Origin: a virus | Lineage: Duplodnaviria; Caudoviricetes | Length of the DNA: 64,000 bases | Virus record (IMG/VR): IMGVR_UViG_3300028832_000096 | Direction: 5' to 3' (one strand) | Part shown: positions 19,961 through 31,961 of the stretch, in pieces | How the letters are laid out: each line of letters starts with the position of its first letter | Numbering within the stretch: position 1 is the stretch's first letter | Made by a program: the position numbers and the translations under genes | The notes under the pieces: model-generated | Told to the model about the DNA's origin: nothing | The model's database searches: none | Seen by the model: the letters and a program-made list of their open reading frames with translations, nothing else

Positions 19961-20665
19961 TTAAATATCATTAAAAAGATTAAATCCTGTGTCTTTTGAT
20001 ATGCTTTGAATATAATCATTTACAGCATCTCGCTCTTCCTTAGTGGCATCTCTGCCGTTAGGAATGACTTCGTCAGGATTCTTCAACTCGCCTGCTTGCC
20101 ACTTCCACATAATGCTGCCTTCACGTTTAGACCTATATACATATAAGGGCTTACAAAGTCTACACTGAGTATGCGGAGTTGCTCGTAACTTTTCTTGGAA
20201 TGGAACATCGGTATGATGAACTCTAGTTTCATCAAAGAATGGAACTATTTCTTGACGATAAATCGCTTTCCAAATTGCTCTAGCAGTAGGGTGAATTATT
20301 ACTACATTTTCATCAAAATCAACCCAGTCAAACAAGATTTCATCTGCTAGGTCTTTATCAATAGCGTCAATAAGTTCTTCGATGTAGTTCATCATTATCA
20401 TATCGTCGCTATCGATGAATCCTATATATTTACCTTGGGCTTCTTCTATTCCTACATTCCAAGCTGCACAAGCGCCTTGATGCTTCATAAAGTGAAGTAT
20501 ATGAATATTTGAACAGTCAAAAACATCTAATCTATCTTCGTTACAACCATCATCCACCAAAATAACTTCAACCTCGTCTGTTATTTGAAGTTGAAGTTCT
20601 TTTAACAACTTTACTGTGTATTCATAGGTGTCGTAGTATGGAATTATTAGTGAGAGTTTAATCAT
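19961..20665 (-). CDS. glycosyltransferase family 2
   Basis: LSLIIPYY, EVILVDDG, GACAAWNVG, YIGFIDSDD. Confidence 0.9.
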   Translation of the reverse strand: MIKLSLIIPYYDTYEYTVKLLKELQLQITDEVEVILVDDGCNEDRLDVFDCSNIHILHFMKHQGACAAWNVGIEEAQGKYIGFIDSDDMIMMNYIEELIDAIDKDLADEILFDWVDFDENVVIIHPTARAIWKAIYRQEIVPFFDETRVHHTDVPFQEKLRATPHTQCRLCKPLYVYRSKREGSIMWKWQAGELKNPDEVIPNGRDATKEERDAVNDYIQSISKDTGFNLFNDI

Positions 20666-22413
20666 GTTGCATCTCTGCCCCGCATTTCGGACAATAGGGG
20701 TATCCTTTCATAAACATCCCGCGTGAAAACAATGTTAAACAGTTACTGCACTTAAAACGATACCAAGATTCATCCGTATCAAGGTCTATCCACTCGCCTT
20801 GCGGTCTTTCGTTATAATGAACATAGTTAGAATAATCGTGGCAATCAACGCACTCTCGCTCATTTCCCATATTCTTACAAGCATTACAACTAAATACTGT
20901 CGGGGCATTGTCGATAGCATCAACAATATCCTTACTCCAAATATTGCGTTCTTTGAAATCCGCTTTCAAAGCATCACGGCTTATAAGGTCGTTGTTCATT
21001 TCGCACCGCCTTTCATTGAAGCTCGCCTTTTTTGTTGATACTCACGCATATAAGCCTTTTTCTTTTCTTTACGAACAACCTCTTTTTCTTCGTCAATAAG
21101 CATTTTCTTGCCACACATAGGGCAGTAATTAAAGGCAGGTTCTGTACCCTCGTTTGTTATTGTTTCAAAACCGCATTTAGGGCATTCGTATGTATCTCCC
21201 TCCCAATCGGTCAAAACATATTTCCAAAGTTTGTGCGTGCTTGCCTTTCCAAATTCAACTAATGTCATTGTCTATTGCCCTAAACCTTTCCGCTAAATAT
21301 GCAAGAATTAGATTTCTTGTGCTATCCATTGTAGGGTCAGATAGCGGTATTTCTGCTATATCAGTTAAAATGTTGTCTTTTTCTTGTTGGGTCATTTTTG
21401 TTCTCCTCTCATATCCGCTCCGCAGTTCGGGCAATAGTTGTAATTATTTTCTTTTGGTGTCCCTTCCATTAACACAAATGCGTCTTTACAAACTGAACAT
21501 TCATAATATTCGTCTGAAATGAAACTATCTGTATAAGGGTCATATCTATTCATTCTACTCCGCCTTTCATATCAGCTCGCCATTGAGATAATCGATGAAT
21601 GTTTTAGGGTAATTATCATCAATAAATTCCAAAGCCTTGATAGCAAGGTTAAATGCTTCTTTGGTATCTTCATACGGACAGCCTGCAAGCCACTTTTGAA
21701 TTTCCTTTATTGCTTCTTCATTTGTCATTTTCCGCACCGCCTTTCTTATATGGTTCGGGTAATGGTTGCCAAGCCAACATTTTTGGTTCAAAATCGTGAT
21801 TTGCTATGATTCCGCTTGAATGTGCCACTACCATTTGTTCATTTTCTAAAAATACAAGATAAAAATCTTCTTTTTCAGGTAATCTCTCACTAACAGGTAT
21901 CCACTCGCCTTTTGGTCTTTCGTGTTCGGCAACATATTTTGCAAACTGATTTAATACTTCGGGAGAGATATACGGTTCAACTGCCGGAGTATTGTCGATT
22001 AGTTTCAGAGCATACCTCAAACCTAATGCCCATTTTTCATCAATAGGCATTTCAGTTTCAACTATCTCTTCTATCTTCTTTTTCAAAGATTCACGGCTTA
22101 TAAGGTCACCTTTTGCTTCCGACAATGAAAAACTATCTGTCGAATATTCATATAAGTCGTTTCCGTCTCTGTAGTATCGGAGAATTAGCTTCATTTCTCG
22201 TAATGTCGATAAATCAACACTATCGGGAATTGTTAAAATAACTTGTTTACTCATTTTCCGCACAACCTTTCTTTATCTCAACCAGCGGACATTTACATTG
22301 TCTTTTTGTAGTAGTTATTCCTTCATGAGTAAACAAACATTCATTCCAATATTTAGGTCGAACAACAAAAGGACATTCGATACAATTTTTAGGCATTGGA
22401 ATATCAATTTGTA

Positions 22414-22821
22414 TCATTCCATACCGCCTTTCCAGTCTGAATACCAGTCTAAATAGTTGATTACAGCATCTTTGAACTTATAATCTGGTAGATGTTTAGA
22501 ACAACGCCTTTTCTCGAATAACTCTTTTGTTTCTGTTACATAAACCTCTAAAATGCCAGCTTCTTCATAGTACACAAAATATAGGGGTAAATTTTTCTTT
22601 ATAGCTGTATCTCTACATTCCGTAATGAATGGTTCTTCTATTTCTTCAGATGCCGGGGCATTTTTAATGGTATTCAGCCAATAAGAATTACAAGCGTTCC
22701 AAGCTTTAGCATAGATACGGTCTTTTGTTGTTCGATACTTTGTATCACGAACAATCTTCTCGTTCATAAATTCGGGTTTGGCATTTATCAAAGCCTCCCG
22801 GTTAATAAGGTCATTGTTCAT
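22414..22821 (-). CDS. cassette protein; C-terminal domain duplicated in 28559-28942
   Basis: PFITECR..KNLPLYF.YYEE..EVYVTETKELFEKR.CSKHL shared. Confidence 0.7.
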   Translation of the reverse strand: MNNDLINREALINAKPEFMNEKIVRDTKYRTTKDRIYAKAWNACNSYWLNTIKNAPASEEIEEPFITECRDTAIKKNLPLYFVYYEEAGILEVYVTETKELFEKRRCSKHLPDYKFKDAVINYLDWYSDWKGGME

Positions 22822-23124
22822 TCCGCACCACCTTTCTGTTCGCTTTCATATCCATAACAAACAGTTCCTTCGCACTCTCCGTTGTGAATACAAGTGGTGC
22901 AAATTGGTGTTGTTTCATTATAGTTAGACAGTATGCTCATTCCGCACCGCCTTTCATTTCTTCCTCACTTTCTTTCATAAGCCAACCGATACTGATTGAC
23001 CATACGGCAAAATTGATGAACAGATAGGTTTCGCCAAAAGAATGTGATAAACAACTTCCAAAACTCCAAGCACCTTCAAAATGTTTATCAACTTTAACAC
23101 CAAAGCCATAGTTTGATTTTTCGT

Positions 23125-23409
23125 TCATTCCGTATCATCATCCATTTCATCTAAAAGTCCACCGCACTCTACTACTACGGGAAGAATAAACTGCTTTGCC
23201 CTATTCCGCATATCTTTGCCTTCAGGATTAGCGGAGCCATCAGGATACACTTCTCTGCACTCATCAACATCTTTGTTATACATAATAGATGCTATGAAAG
23301 CATATAAATCCTCACCTTCTTCAAACTGAAATACCCGGTCTAAATAGGCTTGAAGTTTGTCGAACCTATCTTCCAGAGTAGTTAGTAGTTCCTTGTTATA
23401 GTGTGTCAT
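23125..23409 (-). CDS. stand-alone fragment resembling family A DNA polymerase fingers
   Basis: GEDLYAFIAS...ECRE.YPDG..NPEGKDMRNRAKQFIL resembles the region leading into motif B (RxxxK). Confidence 0.5.
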   Translation of the reverse strand: MTHYNKELLTTLEDRFDKLQAYLDRVFQFEEGEDLYAFIASIMYNKDVDECREVYPDGSANPEGKDMRNRAKQFILPVVVECGGLLDEMDDDTE

Positions 23410-23622
23410 TCTTCTTCTCCTTTATGCAATTCGTCGTGAATAGCCTTGAACGGAGATATTGTTGGGGCATTAGCAAGTTGTGATTGACTTATTGCTAATT
23501 TTCCGTCTTTTGTCATACAGTCCGGGTATAGTTTATCGGCGTCAATTAACCTCATGTCTGCTCTCCTTTATGCTCTCTTGCATATTCTTCCCTATGACTT
23601 GTGCAAGTCATTATTCTTCATC

Positions 23623-24054
23623 TCATTTATTATATCGAGCTTTAAGTTGGGTTATAGGAGTATTTAAGTCATCAAGGTTCTTATATATGCAATCCATTAA
23701 ATCTAATGCTAATAATTCTATGATGTATTCATCATAAATATCCCTTGACTGTAATCTGAATACTGGCAGACCTATATCTTCCTGAAAGAGGTTCGGGTCG
23801 CCTGTATCAAAACAGAGATTCCAATGAAATTCGTGATTCATACAAAAATGCAAAAACTTATAAACAGTTTCTAATTTATCAAACTTTAACCATATATGGC
23901 AGTGGCTCTTACCATGACCACAACAACTTTCGGTAGTTTCAACGCCTTCGATAGCGTTTAATGCCACACACAAATCCCTAATCGGGTAATCAATTTCCCA
24001 ATATGGGATATTTTCAGGACACATACTATCATCAAAATTTCTTATCATATACAT
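23623..24054 (-). CDS. hypothetical protein with TTESCCGH motif
   Basis: LNAIEGVETTESCCGHG (TYW3-like motif; tentative). Confidence 0.5.
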   Translation of the reverse strand: MYMIRNFDDSMCPENIPYWEIDYPIRDLCVALNAIEGVETTESCCGHGKSHCHIWLKFDKLETVYKFLHFCMNHEFHWNLCFDTGDPNLFQEDIGLPVFRLQSRDIYDEYIIELLALDLMDCIYKNLDDLNTPITQLKARYNK

Positions 24055-27000
24055 ATCTCCCTATTATTTAATCATTTTTTCTTTGTTCTTCCTGATATTC
24101 AACTCTATGACTTGTGCAAGTCATACCATAATGATTAAGAGGACAGTCCTCACACTTTTCTGTTGGACACGGAGACTGCATTAAATTTAAATTTCTTACA
24201 TCTAACATTATTCTTTATCTCTTTTATGTAATTCATCGTGAATAGCCTTGTAGGGTGATATTGTCGGAGCATTGTTGATAATGTCTTTTACGGCTTCACA
24301 ATCAAAAACCGCAAATTCATTGTATTCGTCTAATTCTTTTAACAAAGCACTACGGCTAATTAAATCATCTGTTGAGTTGTAAGGTATGCCGTTGGCGATA
24401 ACTTTATCTATTTGACTTGGATAAAGTTCTTTTACCGCGTCTTTACAAGCCTCATAGTATTTCTCGTCAACTTCGATTATCAACTTAATTTTCTTTATCA
24501 TTCTCATTCCGTATCACCTTTTCTTCCTTAAACGCAAACACCACATCAAACCCTGCCCAATCATGCATCCATTTAGACATCTCTTGCATTGTCGCTAACA
24601 CTTCCGTTGAAGATAGACCACGGCACCCATAGCCTACGGCACGACTATCTTCTGTGGTAATGCTATAATATAGACTATCTACTACTGTAATATCGAATAC
24701 AACAGGTCTTTCACTATCTGGCATATCAACCCACCTCACAATCTATCTCATTAAAAATCGGGATATATTAATCTCGGATTGATTTCGCTGCTATTGACAA
24801 GCATATAGGTCATTCCACAATGCTTACAGGTCATAGTACCCTTGTCAATTACACCACCGCAAGATTTGCACTGAAGAGCTATGATTGTCTGGCTCGGCAT
24901 ATTTGAAAAATCTGCGTGAATAGTACCTGAAGTAGTTATTACGGAATTCAAAGGGTAGCCAGAATCTTTTATAAGAAGTTCTGAAGGGTCTGCACAAGAT
25001 ACAAGTGGCTGTTCTAAAGCAATCTCCATAGCTTCCTTAAATGCCTTGGCAGATTCTTCAGTAGTAGATGCTGTTAATGCAAAAACATCTTTTAGCTGAT
25101 TAACATCGATTAAATCTAACATATCAATCTACCTCACTTCATATCATCAATATAGTAATAATAGTCATAAAACTTATTGTTATATTTCACCCAATCTTTC
25201 TTTGACTGATATAACTTAACATCTGTTCCTAATTTCTTGCTGAAATAATTAAGAAGGTACTCAATAGGCTTTTTGAAAAACGGCGAATTAGGGTCACTTA
25301 TAACAATTTCTACTCTATCTTCGTCACCATCATCTAAATATCCGTCATAACTCTCCGCCCAAATAAATTTGCCCATTTTTTTAGTTATATTAAAAAGCAA
25401 ATCATCAAGTTCATCAGTCCATATAAGGTCAAGTACAACAACCCTTGTGTCATAATTAAGTCTGATTGCTTCCTTATATTTTAGATTAGTCATATCACTC
25501 TACCTCACTTTCATCATCAGCCACTACTTCACCATCAATAATACAATCTGCTATATTTACTCCATAAGGCAAGTGCCCTCTCTGAACAGTAAAGTTGTAA
25601 ACTTCATCGGGTATTTCAATTATCAATTTCATAAGTTATTCTCTCCTTTTGGATTCTTGATATGTTGTACTTCACTTATTATAACGATTCTGATTTTAGT
25701 ATAAGTTTAGTCATCTTCAGAATCCCTTATACAATGTAATCCTTCTTGGCAAGTATCAGTCTTATGAGGACATTCATAGCACCGACCATGTTCATTGGAA
25801 GATGCTGATATATAAATATCAAACTTCGGCGGAGTATAATCTGTATCAGGTTCAGCCTTCCCTAAATCTAATGAAATATCAGCTATATTGGTCATGAGTA
25901 AATTTTGTTGACGTTCGGATAATTTCAAAAATCTCTGCACGTCAAGGCATTTGCTCATCAAAAGGACAGTTTCTTCTAACAGTTTAATTCTTTCGGAGTT
26001 TGTCATTTGACGTCTCCTTTCATATTAGATAAACAAGTACCTGCGAAAAAGCAGTAGTGTTTTAATTCAGGATTTACTTCGCCTTGATTGATGTGGTAAA
26101 ACTTGCACTTCTTGCATTCTTCGTTATCCATTAGTTTTGCCAATTCGACGCAATTATCCATATCAGCTATTGGACCTCTTTTTAATGACATTTAGCAAAT
26201 CATCCAATTTTTCTTTTGATATTCTTTTATCTACCCATAAGCCTTCCCTATATCCGGTCTTTTCAGCTGCCTCATCATAAAGGATAAAATCAAGAGAATA
26301 CTTCCCATCTTCCTTATAGATTTTAATGTTTGCTATTTCATCCATATTATTCTGTATCACCTCTCATATCTGTATTGTTATATACAGGAATACCTAAAAC
26401 TTTCATTTGATATACAAAACAATATTCCATCTTACAGTTTGGAAAAATACACTCCGATACTTCATCACTATTTTCAAAATGACCATTCATAACACACTTT
26501 GTTTTGCTCATTCCGTACCTCTTCTGCTATCTTTAATTAAAAAATCCAACCCACAACAAAGCAACAATTCAGCATTTGCCTTATCATAATTACCTATCTT
26601 GTATGCTTTACGACAAACAGAATAAGGTAATTTATATTTGTAGTGGAGTTCTCCGATATCATTATTTCGCTTACTCATTTGGTGTCACCTCATATCTACA
26701 CCGCAGTAACTGAAAAAATTTTCACCGATTTCGCCACATTTCGCCTGTCATGCTTTTCAGCCTTGCCGTTTCATTTGCCATATCTGAATATAAAAGACTT
26801 AATCTTTCGTTTTCTTTCAAAGCCTTTATTGCAAGGTCAAGAGCTTCATATTCTCGTCTATCAGTTAAAGTAACATTCATATCCTCAACTTCGTGTAAGG
26901 TGATTACCCGTTCAAGCCACTCGATTGCTTCTTCGTTAGTCATTATCTGAACCTCGCATATCTGCTCCGCAGTTTTTACAAAAGTCTGTAAAATCTAAAC

Positions 27001-28558
27001 CAATTATTTCTCCTAATGGTGTTGTCCTAAGCGACCTCTTATGACAAACAGAACACTCTCCTGAATGATGCCACTGACCTTTTGGTTTTTGTGGTTCATA
27101 CTCATAGCATTCAAAATCATCAAGAAATGCAGCACCTGTTTTAATGTCGTGGCACACATCACCGTGAATACAAGTATCACACTTCATTTTAAACTCCATA
27201 GATATGCGGTATGCATTTTTCAAAATATTCTTCACAAGTATATTCATCAATGATTTCTTTTGTGATAATTCTTTCATGAGAACCATTATATTTCACAAAC
27301 CAGCGAATAGATACAACAACATCTGTTTTTGCTAATTCAAATGCTTGCTTAATATCATCCAACTTAGGCGTATTATCTATCCAAAACGATTTAATTTCAT
27401 TCATTTTGTATCTCCTGCATCACCTGTCTCCATCTTCAAGAAACTTTAAAAAGTTCTCTCTGTTTCCAAAAATGGTATAGATTACATAATCAGCACAAAT
27501 CTTAATAGCCCTTTGCGCTTCGGGCGTTAATGAATTCTTATTGCAGTTATCTTTGCAGTCTTTCCCGTGAAATAACAGGTTCTCAAAATAATGTTCTTCG
27601 TTGCTCATTTCGTACCTCCTCTTATGTTTGTTTTGTTATCTGCATAATATGGTAATTCTTGTAATTGCTGTGTTTGATTATCGTACACCAAAGTGTAACT
27701 GTGAGAGTTTCTTCCACAATTATTACAATGCCAATGTTGACCGCTTGTATCAAAATATTCATTAACTATTGGTGAGTCACAACGAGGACACCTAAATATC
27801 ATTTCGTATCACCTCTCATATCTGTTCTTTTGAAAATTCCATTGGAGGATACTTATCGCAATCGTGAAAATAAGCAAAACTATCATAGGTTTTTGTCGAA
27901 TGTGTAGCGTGCCTTTCACAATCAGTATTAGGACATTTACTATATGCGCAGAATGTTATATCTTCACTCATTTATTATCACCTTGCTCAAACCACTTTGA
28001 AAGACTTTTCCTACACTCATTACATAAATCGAGTTTTACATCACCATAAGGGTGCATATCTTTCCAAAGAACAAATCGCCACCAATTCTCTTTATAATCA
28101 GAGTCATCGAGGAAAGTAATTTCATATAACTTCCCACACCTATCGCATTGTTTAGCACTTCCCATTTTCATCACCTCGCATATCCGCCCCGCAGTTCGGG
28201 CAGTAATTCCGCTTATCATGAATACTTTTCAAACTAAACCCACACTTGTTACAACCCCATACCATACGAGGGGTTTCTTCATCATCAAATAGTTCTTCTC
28301 TCTGAACCCACTCGCCTTTCGGCCTTTCTACGCCTAGCATTCGAGCAGTATCAAACAACTTCTTGCTTGACTGATATAATTCTTCTCTCTTTCGTTCAAT
28401 TTCTTCATCAACGGCTACTGTCGGTGCATTGTCGATTATTGCTAATATAGTTCCGCAACAATTCCATTTTGCAATATCAATATCACAATTTTTATTCCAT
28501 TGTATCTGATACTGTTCTATTTCCTTTTTCAAAGCGCTACGGCTGATTAAATCGTTGT

Positions 28559-28942
28559 TCATTCCGCACCGCCTTTCCAGTCTGAATAATCATCTAAATA
28601 ACGGGTTACAATCTCCTTGAACTCATAATTCGATAGGTGTTTGGAACAATGTCTTTTCTCAAACAACTCTTTTGTTTCTGTTACATAAACCTCAAAAATA
28701 CCGTTTTCTTCATAATATATAAAGTACAAAGGTAAATTCTTCTCTATGGCTGTAGCTCTACATTCAGTGATGAATGGTTTTTCCATTTCATTAGCTGCCG
28801 GGGCAGTATCGATAATATCTAATACTTCTTCCGTAGGAATAGTTTTTCTGCCCTTGCTATACGGGTGATAGTATTTCTCTCTGACAAAAAACTGTTCTAT
28901 CGCCTCTTTCATATACTTACGGCTGATTAAATCGTTGTTCAT
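28559..28942 (-). CDS. cassette protein, paralog of 22414-22821
   Basis: Near-identical C-terminal ~60 aa. Confidence 0.7.
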   Translation of the reverse strand: MNNDLISRKYMKEAIEQFFVREKYYHPYSKGRKTIPTEEVLDIIDTAPAANEMEKPFITECRATAIEKNLPLYFIYYEENGIFEVYVTETKELFEKRHCSKHLSNYEFKEIVTRYLDDYSDWKGGAE

Positions 28943-29638
28943 TCCGCACCGCCTTTCTGCTCTTATGCGATATGAAAATTAAAGTGTTCTACTATTTTCT
29001 CAACACATTCATTACATATATCAAGAGTCCCACGATATTTTCTGCTACTTTTCAATTCAACAGTTACAAATTGTGAATATCCATCTTCGTCATAACAGTC
29101 CCTAATGTTTATTTCCTTTTTACAAATATCACAAGTAATTTTTCTCATTATCCCACACCACCTTTCATCATCTTTGCACCGCAGTTAGGGCAATAATCAC
29201 TTAAATGTTCATAGTATTCGTAATCGTATTCATTATAATCAGCTTCGTGATGACACAAAGAACAATGATGTTCACCATAATTATTGCTTATCCACTCACC
29301 TTGCGGTCTTGAATAATTGGCTTTTCCATCAATTATTGCTTGTCTATAACCTTCTTTGAAATCAGGTAAAGGTACTGTCGGGGCGTTGTCGATAGCATTT
29401 AGAATTGCATTATCAAGTTCTGTGCCACTATAAACTAATATCAGTTGCGATATATGCTCTTTCAAATCGTCTAAATCACCTAACCTCATTCTGTTTTACC
29501 TCTACTCTATCCTTTAATGCTTGCATAGCGATTTCCAAGGCCTCAATATAGTGCTTATCAAAATCGAGCCGTTTCATAAGTGTTTTAACAGGACTTAAAT
29601 ATCGGAGTGCTTGCTTATCTGTCATTCCTTATCACCTC

Positions 29639-30139
29639 TCATACGTCCATTTTCGCTCCGCAGTTAGGACAAAAATTAAAATGAGTTGCACCGTTCCAAA
29701 AACCACAAATAGTACACTTAAACATGTCGATTGTGATGCTGTGTTCTTCGTCTTTTATCCACTTGCCTTGTGGTCTTGACGTAGCTATTCCATCTGACAG
29801 CCCATTAAAATAAGCGGTTCTATAAGGGAAATATTCACTTCCACTTATATCAACTGTCGGGGCATTGTCGATAACAAGCCCTAACATTTGCATACTAATT
29901 GAATAGTCAATTTGATGTTCTATACAAAACTCTTTTGTATATTGAACACTATCAATTTGTTCTTTCAAGGCTGCACGGTTGATAAGGTCGCTTGTAGTTT
30001 TTTCATAAGGCTTGCCGTTGCGTATTGCATTAATTACATTACTTTGTATTGTTTTGGTGTTACCTCTAAAACCGCCAACAAACGTCAAGTCTTTTATAAA
30101 CTCCAAGTCTTTTTCAGGAATATCAATTACAAGTTTCAT
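29639..30139 (-). CDS. three-module cassette protein (MKLVIDIP + DLINR..IDNAPTV + Zn ribbon)
   Basis: All three recurrent modules in one ORF. Confidence 0.7.
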   Translation of the reverse strand: MKLVIDIPEKDLEFIKDLTFVGGFRGNTKTIQSNVINAIRNGKPYEKTTSDLINRAALKEQIDSVQYTKEFCIEHQIDYSISMQMLGLVIDNAPTVDISGSEYFPYRTAYFNGLSDGIATSRPQGKWIKDEEHSITIDMFKCTICGFWNGATHFNFCPNCGAKMDV

Positions 30140-31961
30140 TCCATATCACTCCTTATATCAATCTGCCTCGGCCCTTGTATTGTAATTAGTGCCTATAAGC
30201 ACTTCAGGATTAGCGTCTTTATAAGTAAAAAGTTCAACGGAATCTCTTGTTGCATAATACCCACTAACATACATATCAGTATTATGTAGTATTACCTTTG
30301 CATTCTGAGGCATATCCTGAAGTATCTCAATTAAATCGGCTACAGACAGCCATTGGTTCTTTTTCATAAAGCCATCTCCTTTATTAAGGCATAATCCATC
30401 TGTATCGGTTTATTACATATCGGACATAGCCGGTTGTTATACCAATCGGCACAGCCTTCAGTCGGCTCAGAACAAGGTATTCGAGTTAAGGGGTTAAATC
30501 CTAATCGGCAGGAAGTAAATGCCCAATGTGAATTACATGTGCCGGGTCGGTATATCCACTTACAATAATCTGACATAATTAGTGCTCCTTATCAGCTGCA
30601 AGTACAACAGGTATCTCATCTCTGATATTCTCATATAATTTATAACGAATCCAACATCCGCTATCCCACTTCTGAAAATTAGTATCAGTTTCAAAGGCTG
30701 CGTGATACATCTTGCTATCTAATAAATCTCCATCTACCAGCTTACCATGTCCTTTTGGAAGAACAGTACCAGATTCTACTGCCTTGCGGAAAAATAAATC
30801 TTCAGAATTAGCATAATCTCCAGCATCATTTGATGCATGGGACATAATCCAGTTATATCTACCTTCCTCTATATCAATTACTATTTTCATAATTATTACT
30901 CCTTATCTGCTGGGATTATTACAGGTGCGGCATCTACACGAAATCTGCTTATAACTCCAAAATCACAATTTTGACAGGTAAAATCATACTCTGGCGGACA
31001 ATCTTTAACATTATTAGGGCATCTATAGTATGCTAATTTACTGCGGTCAATTAAATCTCCGTGGCCTTTAGGTATAATTGTCGCAGTTTGAAATGCTTCT
31101 GTTATGACTTGGTCTAACTTATCATGTTGAATAGCATACAAACCACCATGATATATAGCGTTGAAATCATCTGCTGGAAGTTCAATTACTATCTTCATTC
31201 TTATATTACCTCTTATAATATTAGTGCTATTCTACAACGAATGTTGTCTATTTTAAGTAATTCAGGTGTATTGCAAGGTATTCCAACCCATAATCTGCGA
31301 GCTTGTTTATAACAGCCTATTGCGAATTTTCCGGCTATATCTTTATCACCTTCAGATATTGTAACTTGGCACCAAGGAACAGTGAAAACTCCTGCGGGTG
31401 CTCGAGACCTTCTTATAGGGACATAATATCCTTTAGCATTCTTAATTACTTCAAGCCAATTATCGCCCATTTTTAGCTACCTCAATCTCACCCATAAGAA
31501 TTAGAGATTTTATGCCGTGACCATATTTTCTATATTTTTCTATTTCGTCTTCACGAATTAAGAAAGTACCTTTGCCAACATCTAAATAAGTATCTGTTTC
31601 TTCACACCAAACTGTATCGTGCATGCAATTTGTGTATTGCACGAATTCTATCGCATATACTTTCATCCTCATTTGGAATCTCCTTTCATGTAAGCGCCGC
31701 ACTGGTCGCAATAATGACGACTAAACCAATAGTTCTTTTGCGGAATTGTTGATGAAAACAGATAAGTTTCGCAATGACAATTAGAACATTCGCAACCAAA
31801 ATGGTCAGGATACTTATTTTCTATCCAATGACCTTGATGTTTTTCTAGTGTTGCTATTGCAAGGTCTATGGCTATTTTACGCTGTTCATCAAACCATTCA
31901 TCACCGCCACTGATATATTTCTCTTTTATCGCTTGTAGCCACTTTGCTGCTTCTGAGTTAG

